Notes: generated by a model not told the origin, from the sequence alone. A stretch of DNA of 16,607 nucleotides from Arcobacter sp. (GCA_965662175.1 CBFIGT010000037.1:2462-19068), one strand, 5' to 3'. Counted from the stretch's first letter, positions 7,959-16,607 are shown. A program made the numbers and translations.

Positions 7959-8960
7959 ATGAATCCCCAAAGCGCCAAACGAGCAATCACACATCTATGC
8001 AAAAGAAAAGTTCCAATCTTTTTATGGGGACCTCCTGGTATTGGAAAATCTTCAATTGTTGCTCAAATAGCTAAAGAAGAAGAAATAGAGTGTATTGATT
8101 TACGTTTATCTCTTCTTGATCCAACAGATTTAAGAGGTATTCCTTTTTTTAATACAAATGATAATAGTGCTGTTTGGGCTCCTGCTTCATTTTTACCTGA
8201 TGGTTCAAAGGAAAAAGGTATTCTTTTTTTGGATGAGCTTAATACAGCAGCACCCATGGTTCAAGCATCTGCTTATCAACTAATCCTTGATAGAAAAATA
8301 GGTGAATATACTTTGCCTGAGGGTTGGAGTATTGTTGCTGCTGGAAATAGAGAGAGTGATAAGGGTGTAGTTTTTCGTATGGCTGCTCCACTTGCAAATA
8401 GATTTGTGCATTTGGAGATGGAAGTTGATGCAAATGAGTGGAAAAAGTGGGCAATAAAAGCAAATATTGATACCTCTATTATTGCATTTATCTCCTATAG
8501 ACCCGATGCACTTTTTGCTTTTAATACTCAAAAAGATGAAAAAGCTTTTGCAACTCCAAGAACTTGGGAGTATGTAAATGAGATTTTAGCTTCAAAACCT
8601 GATGAAGATTTACTTTTGACTATGATTAAAGGCTCTATTGGAGAAGAGTTAGCGGCCTCTTTTTTAGGATTTAGAAGTGTTGAAAAAAACTTACCTGATA
8701 TTGAAGATATTTTAAATGGCAAAAAAGTAGAAGCTCCACAAGATAGCTCCTCTTTACATATTTTATCAACAGCACTTACTATGAGAATTGATGATGAAAC
8801 AAGAGCAAAAGAGTTAAACAATCTCATAATGTTTACCCTTGATATTCCAGGAGAGTTTGCTGTTATGATTATCCAAGATTTAAGAGATAGAAGTATTGAG
8901 CTTGATTATTTGAGTAATTGGCCTTTATGGATGAAAAAATTTAATAAACTTTTACACTAA
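7959..8960 (+). CDS. MoxR-like AAA+ ATPase (AAA_5-type)
   Basis: 333 aa. Walker A GPPGIGKS, DLRG insert, Walker B LFLDELN, sensor I AAGN, Arg finger LANRF and sensor II TPRTW. Confidence 0.9.
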   Translation: MNPQSAKRAITHLCKRKVPIFLWGPPGIGKSSIVAQIAKEEEIECIDLRLSLLDPTDLRGIPFFNTNDNSAVWAPASFLPDGSKEKGILFLDELNTAAPMVQASAYQLILDRKIGEYTLPEGWSIVAAGNRESDKGVVFRMAAPLANRFVHLEMEVDANEWKKWAIKANIDTSIIAFISYRPDALFAFNTQKDEKAFATPRTWEYVNEILASKPDEDLLLTMIKGSIGEELAASFLGFRSVEKNLPDIEDILNGKKVEAPQDSSSLHILSTALTMRIDDETRAKELNNLIMFTLDIPGEFAVMIIQDLRDRSIELDYLSNWPLWMKKFNKLLH

Positions 8961-8964
8961 TATT

Positions 8965-10074
8965 ATGAATCAAGATACTCTTCTTCTAACAAAAGCAAAA
9001 AGCCAATTAACAGCAAAACATCCATATTTTGGTATTTTAGCTTCAAGATTAAAGCATGAACAAAGTGAAAAGCTTAGATTTTATGCAAGTAATGGAAAAA
9101 GATTTATCTATAATCCTAACTTTATAGAAAATTGCTCTATAGATGAACTTATGTTTATTCTTACAAATTGTGTAATGCACCATATCTTAGCCCATAGTCA
9201 GCGAAAACTAAATAGAAAAGGTGCCCTATGGCAACTAGCTACTGATTTTGCCATAAATAATTTACTTAAAAAAAATGGCTTAAAAATCCCAAAAGGTGCA
9301 AACTTTAATAATGAGTTTAAAAATATGTACGCTGAAGAGATTTATGAGATTTTAAAAGAGCAAAATAATCTCTCTTCAACTAATAGTTTTGAAGATAATG
9401 AAGAAGAAAATGTTTTTTCAGCACTTTCTAAAGTAGATGAAAACTTAAAAGATACAGATGAGGCTGAGTGGGAGTATGCAGCTAGTTTAGCAAAAGAGGT
9501 TGCCCAAAGAAAAAGTAGTACTCCTTTAGGTCTTGAAAGATTAGCTAAAAAAATGGAGACTAAAAATATTGATTGGAAGTTTGAACTTTATAATGCCATA
9601 AATAGACATATGAGAAATAACTATGCTTTTATGCCTCCAAACAAAAAACATATATATAGAGGAATAGCACTTCCAAGTCTTACAAGTGATACTTTGAGTT
9701 TGGTGGTTGCTATTGATACATCAGGAAGTATCAATGATGAACTTTTAGGTGCTTTTATAGATGAGTTTAAATCTATTATGCAAAACTTTCCATCTATTAT
9801 AGTTGAGCTTATAATTGCAGATGCAAAAGTTCAAGCTCATTATACTTTTAGGGGTGCTGATGAGATTGATTTTGAGACAAGAGGTGGTGGGGGAACTGAT
9901 TATAGGGTTGTGTTTGAGTATATTGATTCAAACTTACCAATGAGTTCTATGCTTTTATATTTTACTGATGGGGATGGAATTTTTCCAAAAACTCCACCCT
10001 CATATGAGGTTTTATGGGCACTTTCTCAAAATAAAGAGCGTTTGCCTTTTGGAAGAGGATTACAAATTATTTAA
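8965..10074 (+). CDS. DUF2201-family protein: N-terminal metallopeptidase-like domain (degenerate) plus C-terminal vWA domain
   Basis: 369 aa, 4 bp after the ATPase stop. N-terminal HPYFG...ASNG...YNPNF...NCVMHHILAH...WQLATDFAIN. The vWA MIDAS is intact (IDTSGS, GGGGTDY, FTDGDG). Confidence 0.85.
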   Translation: MNQDTLLLTKAKSQLTAKHPYFGILASRLKHEQSEKLRFYASNGKRFIYNPNFIENCSIDELMFILTNCVMHHILAHSQRKLNRKGALWQLATDFAINNLLKKNGLKIPKGANFNNEFKNMYAEEIYEILKEQNNLSSTNSFEDNEEENVFSALSKVDENLKDTDEAEWEYAASLAKEVAQRKSSTPLGLERLAKKMETKNIDWKFELYNAINRHMRNNYAFMPPNKKHIYRGIALPSLTSDTLSLVVAIDTSGSINDELLGAFIDEFKSIMQNFPSIIVELIIADAKVQAHYTFRGADEIDFETRGGGGTDYRVVFEYIDSNLPMSSMLLYFTDGDGIFPKTPPSYEVLWALSQNKERLPFGRGLQII

Positions 10075-10078
10075 ATTT

Positions 10079-10432
10079 TTAATCAAATCCTATTACATTG
10101 TAATCAGTCATAACAATAACTTGGTTATCATCCATAATTATTTGATGTTTGATATTATCTAAACCACATTTACTAAATTTTTCCTCTTTTGCATACTTTT
10201 TAGCATCTTTTACAGCATCATTAATATGCTGTGATTTTTTATCTATAATATATTGATAGATTTCAATATTGTTGTTAAGTAAATATAAACGACCTGCACT
10301 ATTAATAGCTTGAGCTGGATAGTTATTCCATTTTGTCATTTTCTCTTTAATATCCCCATAATAAGCACCATAATATAATGGCTCAGCAAACAGAACTCCC
10401 ATACTCAAAAAAAGAAATAATAACTTTTTCAT
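10079..10432 (-). CDS. Hypothetical exported protein
   Basis: Start reassigned to ATG 10432 (RBS GGAGAA at 10441-10436). MKKLLFLFLSMGVLFA is a typical signal peptide. 117 aa, no family recognised. Confidence 0.7.
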   Translation of the reverse strand: MKKLLFLFLSMGVLFAEPLYYGAYYGDIKEKMTKWNNYPAQAINSAGRLYLLNNNIEIYQYIIDKKSQHINDAVKDAKKYAKEEKFSKCGLDNIKHQIIMDDNQVIVMTDYNVIGFD

Positions 10433-10701
10433 ATTTTCTCCAAATAAAAATTTCATAACATTTTATAAAAATATTAATTAAATTATATTTATACATTTTA
10501 AAAATTATGTTTTTTAATCTCTATATTTTTATATTCAAACTCTAATATTACAAAACTCTCTAAAACAAAAATAACTCTGCACTATTTTTATTAATATTTA
10601 TATTCACAAATAGATTTTATATACTTTTTACCATCAATTTAATACTATATTAAATTAATCAACTTTAATTTTATAGAGTTTTTTATAAAATTTTTATTGG
10701 A

Positions 10702-10764
10702 ATAATAGACCATTTTAAGGGACTTTTAGAAATTATATTAAACCCAAGTAGTTTAATCACTATT
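10702..10764. promoter_or_regulatory. Two candidate 25-bp Rrf2 (IscR/CymR-like) binding sites
   Basis: ATAATAGACCATTTTAAGGGACTTT (10702-10726) and AAACCCAAGTAGTTTAATCACTATT (10740-10764) resemble the IscR type-1 motif. They sit just upstream of the -35 of an operon encoding an Rrf2 protein. Confidence 0.5.
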
Positions 10765-10771
10765 AAAACAC

Positions 10772-10800
10772 TTGACATAGATAAAAAAATATATTACAAT
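10772..10800 (+). promoter_or_regulatory. Sigma70 promoter of the metY-cys operon (TTGACA-17-TACAAT)
   Basis: TTGACA 10772-10777, 17-bp spacer, TACAAT 10795-10800, RBS AAGGA 10831-10835, ATG 10842. Confidence 0.82.
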
Positions 10801-10841
10801 TTCACCATATAATTTAACATGATATACAAAAAGGAATAAAT

Positions 10842-12110
10842 ATGCAAAAAGATACTATTGCAGTTCACGCAGGATATAACAATAAAGAGGGATGGGGAAC
10901 AATGTCTGTGCCTATTGCTCAAACTACAGCTTATGCTTTTAGAGATGCTGAGCATGCTGCAAATTTATTTGCACTTAAAGAGTTAGGATCAATTTATACA
11001 AGACTTACAAATCCTACTACTGATGTATTAGAGCAAAGATTTGCTCAACTTGAGGGTGGTGCTGCTGCTATTTGTGTAGCATCTGGTCAAAGTGCTATTT
11101 TTTATGCTATTGCAAATGTAGCAGCAGCAGGTGATAATATTTTAATTTCTGACAAACTATATGGTGGAGCTGTTACACTTTTAACACACACAATTAAAAG
11201 ATTTGGAATAGAAGCTAGAGTATTTAGTGTTTCTGATGCTTCAAATTTAGAAGAGCAAATTGATGATAAAACAAAAGCTATTTTCTTTGAATCTTTATCA
11301 AACCCTCAAATCGCAGTTGCTGATGTTGAAGGTATTGTTGAAATAGCTAAGAAAAAAGGTGTTTTAACTGTATGTGATAACACAGTTGCAAGTGCAGCTT
11401 TATTTAACCCAATCAAATGGGGTGTTGATGTTGTTGTTCATTCAACTTCAAAATATACAAATGGTCAAGGTACTGCTATTGGTGGTATTATTGTTGAAAG
11501 AGATGGATTAGCTGAGTTCTTTAAAGAAAATGCTTCAAGATATCCAGAGTTTACACAACCTGATGAGTCTTACCATGGTTTAGTTTATGTTGATGTTCCT
11601 CTTCCAAACTTTTGTTTAAGAATTAGATTAGCACTTCTTAGAGATATTGGAGCAGCACAATCTCCTCATAACTCTTGGTTATTATTACAAACAATAGAAA
11701 CACTATCTTTAAGAATGGAAAAGCACTCTAATTCTACATTAGAAGTTGCTAAATTCTTAGAATCAAATCCTAAAGTTAAATCAGTTAACTATCCAGGATT
11801 AGAGTCAAATAAAGATTATGGAAAAGCACAAAAATATTTCAAAGATGGGAAAGCTAGTGGTCTTATCTCATTTGAATTAGAATCATATGATGCAGCTAAA
11901 GCTGTAATTGATGCTGCAAAACTATTCTCAGTTGTTGTAAATATTGGGGATAGCAAATCATTAATCGTACATCCAGCATCTACAACTCATTCACAAATGA
12001 GTGAAGCTGAGTTATTAAAAGCAGGTGTTAATCCTACAACTGTTAGGTTATCTATTGGACTTGAAGACCCTAAAGATTTAATTGAAGATTTAACTCAAGC
12101 CTTAAACTAG
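10842..12110 (+). CDS. metY: O-acetylhomoserine/O-acetylserine sulfhydrylase (Cys/Met metabolism PLP enzyme)
   Basis: 422 aa. IYTRLTNPT, LEGG...ASGQSAI, DNT, PLP-lysine motif HSTSKY, NIGDSKSLIVHPASTTH and VRLSIGLED. Confidence 0.92.
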   Translation: MQKDTIAVHAGYNNKEGWGTMSVPIAQTTAYAFRDAEHAANLFALKELGSIYTRLTNPTTDVLEQRFAQLEGGAAAICVASGQSAIFYAIANVAAAGDNILISDKLYGGAVTLLTHTIKRFGIEARVFSVSDASNLEEQIDDKTKAIFFESLSNPQIAVADVEGIVEIAKKKGVLTVCDNTVASAALFNPIKWGVDVVVHSTSKYTNGQGTAIGGIIVERDGLAEFFKENASRYPEFTQPDESYHGLVYVDVPLPNFCLRIRLALLRDIGAAQSPHNSWLLLQTIETLSLRMEKHSNSTLEVAKFLESNPKVKSVNYPGLESNKDYGKAQKYFKDGKASGLISFELESYDAAKAVIDAAKLFSVVVNIGDSKSLIVHPASTTHSQMSEAELLKAGVNPTTVRLSIGLEDPKDLIEDLTQALN

Positions 12111-12120
12111 GAAAGAGATT

Positions 12121-12534
12121 ATGCCTTTAATTTCTTCAAAAGGTGTGTATGGACTTGCTGCCATGCACGAGTTACTTCAAAATGAAGAAGACAAGCCAAT
12201 GCAAATAAGAGAGATATCAGCAAGAGCTGATATTCCTCAAAACTATTTGGAACAACTTTTAAGCAAACTAAGACATGCAGGATTAGTTAAAAGTATAAGA
12301 GGTTCAAAGGGTGGCTATTTATTAGCTCACGATGCAAAAGATATACTTGTAAAAGATATTATTATTGCTTTGGAAGATGATATAAAGATTATCGACACAA
12401 AAAGTAATAGTCCTATTTTAAATATATTTTTTGATGAAACAAAAGAGAAAATGACTAAATTATTTAACTTATCGTTAAAAGATTTAAAACAATATCAAGA
12501 TAAATATAATCAATATTTACACTATAGTATTTAG
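12121..12534 (+). CDS. Rrf2-family transcriptional regulator, CymR-like (no cysteines)
   Basis: 137 aa. [34 protein letters not shown]. It has no Cys, so no IscR-type Fe-S ligands. C-terminus YLHYSI. Confidence 0.9.
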   Translation: MPLISSKGVYGLAAMHELLQNEEDKPMQIREISARADIPQNYLEQLLSKLRHAGLVKSIRGSKGGYLLAHDAKDILVKDIIIALEDDIKIIDTKSNSPILNIFFDETKEKMTKLFNLSLKDLKQYQDKYNQYLHYSI

Positions 12535-12544
12535 GAGAAAAATT

Positions 12545-13474
12545 ATGAAATATGCAAACGATGTAACAGAATTAATTGGGAATACACCTTTAGTAAAATT
12601 AACAAAAGCAAGCTCAACTGGAGCTACAGTTTTAGGTAAATGTGAGTTTATGAATCCATCACATTCAGTAAAAGATAGAATTGGTTTTAATATGATTAAT
12701 GAAGCTATCAAGGCTGGGAAAATCGTAGAGGGAACTACTGTTATTGAGCCAACAAGTGGAAATACTGGTATTGCATTAGCTTCTGTTTGTGCAGCAAAAG
12801 GTATTAAACTAATTCTTACAATGCCATCAAGTATGAGTATTGAAAGAAGAAAACTTTTAAAAGCACTTGGAGCTCAAATTGTATTAACTGAACCTGAAAA
12901 AGGGATGAAAGGTGCTGTTGAAAAAGCAAATGAATTAGCTGATTCAATTGATAACTCTTTTGTACCGCAACAGTTTGCAAATGAAGCAAATCCTGCAATT
13001 CATAGAAAAACAACTGCTCAAGAGATTTTAAAAGATACAGATGGGAAAATTGATATTTTAGTTGCAGCTATTGGGACAGGTGGAAGTATCACTGGTATTT
13101 CTGAGGTTTTAAAAGAGCACAACCCTGATATTAAAGTTATTGCTGTTGAACCTAAAGATTCACCTATTTTATCAGGTGGGAATCCAGGTCCTCATAAAAT
13201 TCAAGGTATTGGAGCAGGATTTATTCCAGCTATTTTAAATACTAAAATTTATGATGAAGTTGTAACTGTTTCAAATGATGAAGCAATGGAAACTTCAAGA
13301 AACTTAGCAAAAGAAGAGGGATTGTTAGTAGGAATTAGTGCAGGAGCAAATGTTTATGCTGCTGCTGTAGTTGCTGCAAGAGATGAAAATAAGGGAAAAA
13401 CTATAGTTACTATTTTATGTGACACAGGTGAAAGATACCTAAGTACTCCTTTATATCAATTAGATGATGAATAA
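12545..13474 (+). CDS. cysK: Cysteine synthase A (O-acetylserine sulfhydrylase)
   Basis: 309 aa. IGNTPLV, SVKDR (PLP Lys), [13 protein letters not shown], the CysK-type loop [13 protein letters not shown], and GERYLST. Confidence 0.96.
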   Translation: MKYANDVTELIGNTPLVKLTKASSTGATVLGKCEFMNPSHSVKDRIGFNMINEAIKAGKIVEGTTVIEPTSGNTGIALASVCAAKGIKLILTMPSSMSIERRKLLKALGAQIVLTEPEKGMKGAVEKANELADSIDNSFVPQQFANEANPAIHRKTTAQEILKDTDGKIDILVAAIGTGGSITGISEVLKEHNPDIKVIAVEPKDSPILSGGNPGPHKIQGIGAGFIPAILNTKIYDEVVTVSNDEAMETSRNLAKEEGLLVGISAGANVYAAAVVAARDENKGKTIVTILCDTGERYLSTPLYQLDDE

Positions 13475-13489
13475 AAAAAGATAGGTAAA

Positions 13490-13714
13490 ATGCAAGAAAA
13501 AGCTTATAGATCAGTAGTTAAAACCATTTCGTGGAGAACTTTAGGAACTTTAGACACAATTATTATTTCATACTTTATCACAGGCAACCTAATAATGGCT
13601 GCCTCGATAGGTTCTATTGAAATTGTTACGAAAATGATTTTATACTATTTTCATGAAAGAGCTTGGAATAAAATCTCTTTTGGAAAAATTAAAGAACCAG
13701 ATTATCAAATTTAG
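13490..13714 (+). CDS. DUF2061 small membrane protein
   Basis: 74 aa. RSVVKTISWR...two hydrophobic segments...YYFHERAW is the DUF2061 signature. It carries an extra tail KEPDYQI. Confidence 0.85.
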   Translation: MQEKAYRSVVKTISWRTLGTLDTIIISYFITGNLIMAASIGSIEIVTKMILYYFHERAWNKISFGKIKEPDYQI

Positions 13715-13724
13715 GAATTAACTT

Positions 13725-14426
13725 TTGAAAAAAGAGATTGAAGAATTAAATAAAAAATTAGAAAATAAAACTGCCCAAGAGATTTTAGAATATTTTTTAA
13801 ATAAATACAAAAATGAAGCAGCTTTGTCTTCTAGCTTTGGTGCTGAAGACCAAGTTTTAACTCACATGATGTTAAATATTGATAATAATGCGAATATCTT
13901 TACACTAGATACAGGAAGAGTTCCTTATGAAACATATAGTGTAATGGATAATACAAATTTAAAATATAATATAAAAGTAAATGTATTTTTTCCAAATAAT
14001 GAAGATATTGAAAAGTTATATAAAACTCAAGGAATAAATGGCTTTTATGAATCAATTGAGAATAGAAAAGCTTGTTGTAATGCTAGAAAAATAGAGCCTT
14101 TAAAACGTGCTTTAAAACCACTAAAAATTTGGATTACCGGATTAAGAGCAGCTCAAAGTATCACAAGAGTTGATATGCCAGTTGTTGAATGGGATAAGAA
14201 TTTTGAAGTTATTAAAGTAAACCCTTTGATTAACTGGAGTGAAGGTGATGTTTGGGAATTTATAAAATCAAATAAAATTCCATATAACAAACTTCATGAC
14301 CTTGGATATCCAAGTATTGGATGTGCCCCTTGTACAAGAGCTGTTAAAGAGGGTGAAGATATTAGAAGTGGAAGATGGTGGTGGGAATCCCCTGAGCATA
14401 AAGAGTGTGGTTTACACGCAAAATAA
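13725..14426 (+). CDS. cysH: Adenylyl-sulfate (APS)/PAPS reductase, [4Fe-4S] APS-reductase type
   Basis: 233 aa, TTG start. SSFG, LDTG, CC (aa 117-118), [14 protein letters not shown] and RSGRW...ECGLH. Confidence 0.95.
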   Translation: MKKEIEELNKKLENKTAQEILEYFLNKYKNEAALSSSFGAEDQVLTHMMLNIDNNANIFTLDTGRVPYETYSVMDNTNLKYNIKVNVFFPNNEDIEKLYKTQGINGFYESIENRKACCNARKIEPLKRALKPLKIWITGLRAAQSITRVDMPVVEWDKNFEVIKVNPLINWSEGDVWEFIKSNKIPYNKLHDLGYPSIGCAPCTRAVKEGEDIRSGRWWWESPEHKECGLHAK

Positions 14427-14439
14427 TATAGGAGAAAAA

Positions 14440-15354
14440 ATGAAAATAAGTCAAGATAGACTAACACACCTAAAACAACTAGAAGCTGAATCTATGCATA
14501 TTATGAGAGAAGTAATAGCTGAATTTCAAAACCCTGCAATGCTTTACTCAGTAGGAAAAGATAGCTCTGTAATGTTACATATATTACAAAAAGCCTTTTA
14601 TCCAGCACCTCCACCACTTCCATTAGTTCATGTTGATACTAAATGGAAATTTAAAGAGATGATTGAGTTTAGAGATAGACGTGCAAAAGAGGTTGGAATG
14701 GAACTAATCACTTACTCTAATCCAAAAGGAATAGAAATGAATATCTCTCCTTTCACTCATGGATCTGCCGTACATACTGATATCATGAAAACTGAGGGTT
14801 TAAAAAATATGTTAAATATCCAAAAGTTTGATGCTGTATTTGGTGGAGCAAGACGTGATGAAGAGAAATCAAGAGCAAAAGAGAGAATCTACTCTTTTAG
14901 AGATGAAAACCATAGATGGGATCCAAAAAACCAAAGACCAGAACTTTGGAATATTTATAATGGAAGACATACTAAAGGTGAATCAATTAGAGTATTCCCA
15001 TTATCTAACTGGACAGAATTAGATATCTGGCAATATATTTATCTTGAAAATATTTCTATTCCTGATTTATACTTCTCAAAAGAGCGTGAAGTAGTAGATT
15101 ATATGGGTACAAAAATCATGGTAGATGATGAAAGAATGCCTGAAGAACTTAGAAAAACAGCAAAAAAAGAAAAAGTAAGATTTAGAACACTTGGGTGTTA
15201 TCCACTAACTGGTGCAGTTGAAAGTGAAGCTACAACATTACCTGAAATTATTCAAGAAATGCTTGTTTGTACAACAAGTGAAAGACAAGGTAGATTAATT
15301 GACTCTGATGGTGATGCATCAATGGAGAAAAAGAAACAAGAAGGGTATTTTTAA
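14440..15354 (+). CDS. cysD: Sulfate adenylyltransferase subunit 2
   Basis: True start is ATG 14440 after RBS AGGAG; the ORF track's upstream extension overlaps cysH. Motifs [40 protein letters not shown] and [10 protein letters not shown]. Confidence 0.97.
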   Translation: MKISQDRLTHLKQLEAESMHIMREVIAEFQNPAMLYSVGKDSSVMLHILQKAFYPAPPPLPLVHVDTKWKFKEMIEFRDRRAKEVGMELITYSNPKGIEMNISPFTHGSAVHTDIMKTEGLKNMLNIQKFDAVFGGARRDEEKSRAKERIYSFRDENHRWDPKNQRPELWNIYNGRHTKGESIRVFPLSNWTELDIWQYIYLENISIPDLYFSKEREVVDYMGTKIMVDDERMPEELRKTAKKEKVRFRTLGCYPLTGAVESEATTLPEIIQEMLVCTTSERQGRLIDSDGDASMEKKKQEGYF

Positions 15355-15355
15355 G

Positions 15356-16607
15356 ATGGCACATCAATCAGATTTAATAGAAAAAGATATAGAACAATAT
15401 TTACACGAACATGAGAATAAAGAAATATGTAGATTTATCACATGTGGTAGTGTAGATGATGGTAAAAGTACTTTAATTGGTAGACTACTTTATGATTCAA
15501 AAATGATTTTTGAAGATCAATTAGCAGCTATTGAAAAAGATTCTAAAAAAAGTGGAACTACTGGTGATAAAATAGATTTAGCACTTTTAGTTGATGGTCT
15601 TGCAAGTGAGAGAGAACAAGGTATTACAATCGATGTAGCTTATAGATTCTTCTCAACTGAGCGAAGAAAGTTTATCATAGCAGATACTCCAGGTCATGAA
15701 CAATATACTAGAAATATGGCAACAGGTGCTAGTACTGCTGATATTGCTATTATTTTAATAGATGCAAGACAAGGTATTTTAACTCAAACTAAAAGACACT
15801 CTTATATTGCTTCATTATTAGGTATTAAAAACTTAGTAGTTGCTATTAATAAAATGGATTTAGTTGACTTTAGCCAAGATGTATTTGAAGGTATTAAAAA
15901 TGACTATAAAGAAATTATTCCAAATCTTCCACATAATGAAGATTTAAATATTGAGTTTATTCCTATTTCTGCATTAGATGGAGATAATATTTTAACTAAT
16001 ACTCCAAAAGCACCTTGGTATAAAGACAAGCCTTTAATGGAATTACTTGATACTATTTCTATACATGAAAAAGAGAATAACTCATTTAGATTACCAGTTC
16101 AATATGTAGTTAGGCCTCATTTAAACTTTAGAGGATTCTCTGGAACGATTGCAAGTGGAAGTGTTAGTGTTGGTGATGAAATTACAGTATTACCATCAGG
16201 TAAAACATCTAAAGTAAAATCAATAGTATCAAATGATATTAAAGATTTAAGACCAATTGGAAAAGATGAAACAGTAGAAACGATTCCTAAAGCATTTGCT
16301 CCAATGGCTACAACTATTACACTTGAAGACGAGATTGATATCTCACGTGGAGATATGATTGTTAAATCAAGTGATATTCCACAAGTTTCAAATCATTTAA
16401 CTGCAATGGTAGTATGGATGGATGAAACTCCGTTAACTCTAAATCAGAATTATGTAATTAAAAGAGCAACTTCAGTACTTAATGGTGCATTTAATGAAAT
16501 TCAATTTAAAAAGAATATTAATACATTTGAAGAAATAAATGCAGAAAAATTAGAATTAAATGATATTGCACAAGTTACAGTTTCACTAGATAGAGAAATA
16601 GCCGTAG
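15356..16607 (+). CDS. cysN: Sulfate adenylyltransferase subunit 1 (GTPase), truncated by window edge
   Basis: Not in the ORF track. ATG 15356: MAHQSDLIEKDIEQYL...CGSVDDGKSTLIGRLLYDSK...EREQGITIDVAYRFF...DTPGHEQYTRNMATGAST...NKMD...DEIDISRGD. Confidence 0.97.
   Translation, partial: MAHQSDLIEKDIEQYLHEHENKEICRFITCGSVDDGKSTLIGRLLYDSKMIFEDQLAAIEKDSKKSGTTGDKIDLALLVDGLASEREQGITIDVAYRFFSTERRKFIIADTPGHEQYTRNMATGASTADIAIILIDARQGILTQTKRHSYIASLLGIKNLVVAINKMDLVDFSQDVFEGIKNDYKEIIPNLPHNEDLNIEFIPISALDGDNILTNTPKAPWYKDKPLMELLDTISIHEKENNSFRLPVQYVVRPHLNFRGFSGTIASGSVSVGDEITVLPSGKTSKVKSIVSNDIKDLRPIGKDETVETIPKAFAPMATTITLEDEIDISRGDMIVKSSDIPQVSNHLTAMVVWMDETPLTLNQNYVIKRATSVLNGAFNEIQFKKNINTFEEINAEKLELNDIAQVTVSLDREIAV

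Noticed and set aside
6754..10162. ORFs 6754-7041, 7735-7917, 7796-8074, 8063-8257, 8239-8463, 8280-8531, 8528-8827 and 9968-10162
   Set aside because: They overlap well-supported genes antisense or out of frame and have no recognisable motifs.
10801..10841. SAM riboswitch or T-box ahead of metY
   Set aside because: The predicted leader is only about 35 nt and AT-rich, with no aptamer-like structure.
12517..15022. ORFs 12517-12711, 12816-13013, 14828-15022 and the 14296 start for cysD
   Set aside because: Shadows of cysK/cysD. CysD homology and the RBS begin at 14440.
1..16607. CRISPR array, tRNA/rRNA, integrase or transposase
   Set aside because: I saw no regularly spaced repeats, structured RNA genes or recombinase ORFs. 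Island mobility cannot be shown from this window.

Overview
Very AT-rich bacterial DNA. Gene content and style suggest Campylobacterota, probably Arcobacteraceae; this is inferred, not checked. The left part (1-6617) looks like a defence/accessory island. It holds a tightly coupled minus-strand operon: a large SNF2-like helicase with a degenerate PLD-like N-terminus, a DUF4391-like protein and a Type III R-M methyltransferase (Mod) that runs off the left edge. Two divergent small HTH genes follow, then an RHH-antitoxin/RelE(HigB2-like)-toxin module whose perfect consensus sigma70 promoter overlaps a perfect 30-bp palindrome. The middle holds an HI0933/YhiN-family flavoprotein, a MoxR-like AAA+ ATPase with a DUF2201/vWA partner whose HExxH motif is degenerate, and a small secreted protein. 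The right part (10842-end) is a sulfur assimilation operon: metY, a Cys-free CymR-like Rrf2, cysK, DUF2061, cysH (APS-reductase type), cysD and cysN (truncated). The best leads are (i) the SNF2/pseudo-PLD + DUF4391 + Type III Mod system, (ii) both cysK-flanking proteins ending in CysE-like Y-x-I tails, which suggests DUF2061 is an unrecognised membrane CysK partner, and (iii) the AAA+/pseudo-peptidase-vWA pair.
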